Positions 35,763-40,406 of a stretch of 40,406 nucleotides of DNA are shown piece after piece. The position numbers and the translations under genes were made by a program. The stretch is from Dicyema japonicum. Its lineage: Eukaryota; Animalia; Dicyemida. The stretch spans positions 252,638-293,043 of the forward strand of contig RDEW01000018.1 of assembly GCA_011109175.1 (NCBI GenBank). Direction: 5' to 3'. A model generated the notes under the pieces. The model was not told the DNA's origin. It did not search any database and worked only from the letters and a program-made list of their open reading frames with translations. Numbering within the stretch: the first letter of the stretch is position 1; each line of letters opens with the position of its first letter.

Positions 35763-36244
35763 TAATTAGTTAGTGGAAAATTTCATTCAATTAAGTGTTT
35801 AATCATCCTTCATAATCCTTGAGTATGCTGAAATTAACTTCTATAAAATACCATGAGATGATGAATTTCTTCTGTTTGACCAATTGGGATTTTTTTCTAC
35901 AATTATTAAAGAAATTCTACTCATTAGATAATGTCGATAAATAAACGTTGCAATAATTAGAAATGTTATTGGGAAGACTGTTAAAACAAGCAAAACTGTA
36001 TAACTAAAAGCTATTATGAGATACTGAAATAATATACATGAAAATTTTATCGTAGTGCTAGAATTCGTTAATGATTGATCTAAGTTATAATTATTAAAAA
36101 CTTTGTAAATTCATAATCAGATGTTTTAGATGCTTTATTTTTAATTTACGGTCATTTTGAATAAATTGAGTGTTAAATAAACCAATCGCATGATTAAATT
36201 CGCATGATTATTCACATTGCCTAAATTTATTTATTTTATCGTAA

Positions 36245-36900
36245 AAAGAGAAACACCCGAAATCTCGGATCATTACTTGGCGATTCAGAAGAACACAACG
36301 AAAGATATTGGCCACAATAGCACTTAAAAAATTAAGATCCATTCTGATGAGAAAGAATCAAATTTCTACTGAGGTGCAAATACGCTTATATAATGAATTT
36401 ATCCGACCAGTCCTCATGTACAACGCAGGTACTTGGGAAATATCAAAAAAGACATGGAACAACTCGATTCGTTTCACAGAAGCTAACAAAGAAATCTCCT
36501 TGGATACTCTTGGCCAAAGAAAATCTCGAACAATAATTATACAGACTGACTGATTATGGACCAATAAGTCTGAACGTACTTGAAACCCGCTGGTGCCTTT
36601 TTGGACATATTCTACGGATGGGTGAAGAAACACCATGAAATGCCGCCATGGAATAATTTTTTGGCCATACTGTATCTTCTACATTCAGAGAACGTCCAAG
36701 AGGTTGTCTTCCCAGGACACTTGCGGAGGATTATGCTATGATCGGGGCCGACTGATGGATGCAGACTATCTGGACAAAATCAGGAGGCGAGCACGACAGC
36801 GAAAAAGATGGAGAAAGCTAACGGAAAGGATTGTAGAAAAACATGGCACAAAAGAAACCATAAACAGTGTTTACTGGTGACGCGAATGTGCTTTAACCTA
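36245..36900 (+). mobile_element. RTE-like LINE 3' fragment
   Basis: LGSLLGDSEE, RLYNEFIRPVLMYNAGTW, LDSFHR, RWCLFGHILRM; ends hairpin + gcgaatgtgct. Confidence 0.8.
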
Positions 36901-36949
36901 CTAACTATCGTAAAAATAATAAATTAATATATGAAGCTTTAATCACCAG

Positions 36950-37320
36950 CTTGTTTCCTCTACAATACCAATCGAGATACGCTCTCGAAGCCATTCAATC
37001 TCCGTATATCAATGGTGACCCTTTAGATCATTAAGCTGATCTTACGGAATAGATCGTATACTTGTGGGTAAAGGATTCCTGACGTCTCAACAACAAAAGA
37101 GACAAACAATTGATTCTCAAAAATGCTTCAGTACTTCTCTTCTGATCATCGGCATGCTTATAAGCGTGACCTGTATCCGAGAATGAAGCGTCCAAATTTT
37201 TCGGAGAGTACTAATCAACGTACGTAGCGTCCCAAACCAAGTTCCGACCATTAGCAAAAGGGAACGCTATCATTCCGTCAAAGCATGTTCCATCCTCAGA
37301 GTAAGACCAAATGCAGTGCC
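36950..37320 (-). mobile_element. Degenerate CRE-type RLE fragment
   Basis: DGMIAFPFANGRNLVWDATYVD..LFVSFVVETSG..ERISIGIV. Confidence 0.7.
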
Positions 37321-37887
37321 AACAGAGAAAAATGCATTTTTCACCATCACATATATTAAATTGCTACAGAATCACTTGCTTAAAAATCAAAAATGAATGT
37401 CCTTAGCTAAGTGATCACAAGTGGAGATTAATCTGTACTTCTCTTATATTTAGATATGAACTTAACTCATATTATGATTTTTCAAGGAATCTTATAAGGA
37501 TGTGCAGAGATGATTGCATATAAGGTTCGTCCTGCTTGGGAATTTTCGTTGTTGTTCGATTAGAAGTGCTTTCAGAAGAATTAATACAGATGACTCCATT
37601 AGTGGCACTTTAGCCGCGTGGCGCCATGTTGTGCTTCGTGGATAATTGGTTAAGTTTCTGTTTTTCGTCTGTTCCTCCTCTCTTTTCCTATCATGTGATC
37701 CACCTGTTTAAGTGGCGCCCAGTCCCAGGCCGGCACAAAAAAGGATCATTTGCTCTCCCCCACTCCACTGGAGGGGTTTCCACAACCGCAAGTAATGGAC
37801 GTCTTACCCTTTATGTTGATTCCGGATGAACTCTGTTTTTGTAGAAGTGGAAACTGGATACACTTAATTAGTTGGTTACTTTGACTT

Positions 37888-38155
37888 CTTTCTCGGTGTA
37901 TCCGAGGTTAATAAATAAGGTCATAAACTTATTATATCATCACATTGCAAGACATCTTAGTTCTATTCGCAATTGTATTTGCAAATAACGGTGTATTTTT
38001 AATTTGATTTAAAATCTCTGCTTTCTCGGTGTATCCGGGGTTAATAAATAAGGTCATAATCTTGTTGTATCATCACATTGCAAGACATCCTAGTTCTATT
38101 CGCAATTGTATTTGCAAATAACGGTGTATTTTTAATTTGATTTAAAATCTCTGTT
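37888..38155. repeat. About 133-bp tandem duplication
   Basis: ctttctcggtgtatccg.. starts at 37888 and 38021. Confidence 0.85.
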
Positions 38156-38214
38156 TTATTCTTAAAATTATGGAATGGTTGTTGTGACAATTTTAGAAAA
38201 CAGGATTTGATGTA

Positions 38215-38974
38215 CCATATTTTCCGGTGTATAAGTCGACCGTTTTTGATCAAAAATCTACCTAAAAAATCGACCTCGACTTATACACCGAATCATGAAA
38301 TTCAACTTCGCATTCATCGCTTCAAATGTGATAGTAATTACTACACTTTTCACCAAAAAATTCTTGCAAAGATCAATCCAATTATAGAAATAAATAGTAT
38401 AAAATAATAACTACGTAAACATTCAATTATTATACTCACCCATGTCTTAATGAATGAATTACTCTGCGTGAAACTTTGCCAAAGAAATTAACAACTGTGC
38501 TGCATCAAGAAAGTTTGGCGTAAATGAGAAACTAGTAAAAGATTGGAAACGCAATTCAACATAGCTAGCAGTGATGCCAAAAAACAAATTTGCTAATAGA
38601 GGGAAAAGAATTTCTGAAGGGAAAAGAACTGCGAAACGCTCCTTTAGGAAATTTTTTACAACGCTCTCGATGGGACAGAAGACGACCTTATCTGGGAAGA
38701 GGAAGAGGAAACTGAAGATAAAGAAGACCAAGAAGATCCCCTTTATGACGACAGACTAAATAAAAATGAATGGAACAATCTTTTTGGAAATAGTGACGAT
38801 GAAGACGGATTTTGAACTCAATGTAAGTACTTTATAATTCTAATTTATTGTTTTTTAACTAAAAATAAATCACTACTAAGAGTTTTCATTGTTGTTAGTT
38901 TTTCTTAACGCGTAATATCACAGGGTTACAAAGTAAATAGTAGGGGGTCGACTTATACACCGGCAAACATGGGG
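38215..38974 (+). mobile_element. Internally deleted pogo-like (Tc1/mariner superfamily) transposon
   Basis: TIR ccatattttccggtgtataagtcgacc / ggtcgacttatacaccggcaaacatgg, flanked by TA; Brinker-like DBD NNCAASRKFGVNEKLVKDWKRN joined directly to acidic C-terminus NALDGTEDDLIW..LFGNSDDEDGF; DDE core absent. Confidence 0.82.
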
Positions 38975-39114
38975 TATTCATCATCTGTGACTGGTTTTTT
39001 CATTTTTGCAATCTCATGACTGACGATGAAGCTTACAATAATTATATGTTTAACTTTTAATTTTAATATTTTGACGACGTTAAAATAATACGCCTGCTCA
39101 TGAACACTCATCTC

Positions 39115-39226
39115 CAGGGCTGTGTAGTCGGAATCGAGGAGTTTTTTGTATAGTTGGAGTCGGAGTCGAAGAAATAATATTTAAGGAGTCGGAGTCTTGC
39201 TATATTTTACCGACTCCACAGCCCTG
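39115..39226. mobile_element. 112-bp hAT-type MITE with 8-bp TSD
   Basis: TIR cagggctgtg(t/g)agtcgg / ccgactccacagccctg; TSD ctcatctc at 39107-14 and 39227-34; internal GGAGTC repeats. Confidence 0.9.
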
Positions 39227-39279
39227 CTCATCTCTGTCAAAATTGGTAAATGTAGCTCCAACTTTTTTCCGACTTTACG

Positions 39280-39840
39280 TGGAGTTCGGGGACTCGTTAT
39301 TTCCGCTCCTCTTCATTGTTTACTTGGAAGCTGCACTAAGAGAGTTCAGAGCCCTGATTAGAAAAAACTATGACGACATAATTTATGCTGATGATCTAGA
39401 TTTTATTTCTGAGGATACTCAAACACTTCAGCACATGCTCAGCGTACTTCCATACATATTTTCGAAATGGTTCATATCCGTAAATCTGGACAAAACGGAG
39501 TTTACAACGCTTACACGTAGTCATAGAGAAGGCAAAAGAAGGTTGGCTTGCTTCTAGGATACTATGAAGATGTTACTCGTAGGAAAATCCTTGCTATGAG
39601 TGCATTGAAAAAAAATATCTTAAATCTGGAACCATAAGAATAGGATAGGACTAAACACCAGGCTTGGATATACAAAGCTATTGTCATCCCGGTAATAACC
39701 TACAACTCTGGGACTTGGGGAATCCCTAAACGGGAAATGGACCGTCTTGACTCTGTCTACAGAGCTCAGCTTAAATCGGTAATCGAGATCAACTGGCCTA
39801 TGAAGATCTCTAATGCAAACCTTTATAATAAATGCTATAT
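39280..39840 (+). mobile_element. RTE-like LINE RT fragment
   Basis: GDSLFPLLFIVYLE, IIYADDLDF, VNLDKTE, TYNSGTWG..LDS..WPMKISNANLY. Confidence 0.82.
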
Positions 39841-39881
39841 ATGAACTTAACTCATTTAAAAATTTTAATAAAACCTTGAAA

Positions 39882-40222
39882 TTTCTGTGTTACATAATTG
39901 TTTGATGGAATTTTTTTGAACATCTTAGATTTTTGAATTTTCCAACGAGTGAACAAGTTTATATGTCTTATTCATACTTGCCTGTAGCATTATTGAAAAC
40001 GATCTTTTAACAATTTCTGACCTGATTTTTGTGTCTACTCTTCTATGGAATTTTCTGTGTTACATAATTGTTTGATGGAATTTTTTTGAACATCTTAGAT
40101 TTTTGAATTTTCCAACGAGTGAACAAGTTTATATGTCTTATTCATACTTGCCTGTAGCATTATTGAAACACGATCTTTTAACAATTTCTGACCTGATTTT
40201 TGTGTCTACTCTTCTATGGAAT
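39882..40222. repeat. About 170-bp tandem duplication
   Basis: tttctgtgttacataattg.. starts at 39882 and 40052. Confidence 0.85.
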
Positions 40223-40406
40223 TGTTATATAAAAATATCCACAAACTGTTTCCAAACTAAAACAAGAACTAAGAAGAATCGAAAAAAATCAAATTCTTAA
40301 ACAAGCAATATCGACACTTACGAAACCCTTTCACGGACGACCTAGATCGACACTTCCGACTGCCTTAAACAAAGACCTAAATCGTGTGAGAAAAAATCTA
40401 AAGACG

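Overview
AT-rich eukaryotic nuclear DNA in the standard genetic code, mostly decayed transposons. These include about 12 fragments of CRE-type (RLE-endonuclease) non-LTR retrotransposons, about 6 RTE-like LINE fragments, Jockey/I-like and R4-like LINE remnants, and a tRNA-headed SINE family (4 copies). DNA transposons are a FLYWCH-Mutator element with 9-bp TSD, a pogo-like deletion derivative and a hAT MITE. There is also a 64-bp minisatellite and several short tandem duplications. Only three host genes could be rebuilt, all by manual splicing: mitochondrial aspartyl-tRNA synthetase DARS2 (15 introns), a head-to-head coiled-coil orphan gene only 60 bp away (8 introns, seven exactly 22 nt) and a Myc/Max-type bHLH gene. 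The main signal is an ultra-short-intron splicing system (mostly 21-25 nt). It has almost no sequence consensus, appears to use the first AG at 21 nt or more, includes one apparently obligatory GT-TG intron, and shows no phase-2 introns. Secondary highlights are a SINE whose 3' hairpin tail matches the RTE LINE 3' ends, and an unidentified decayed protein family present in three copies. The host lineage cannot be identified from the window alone.
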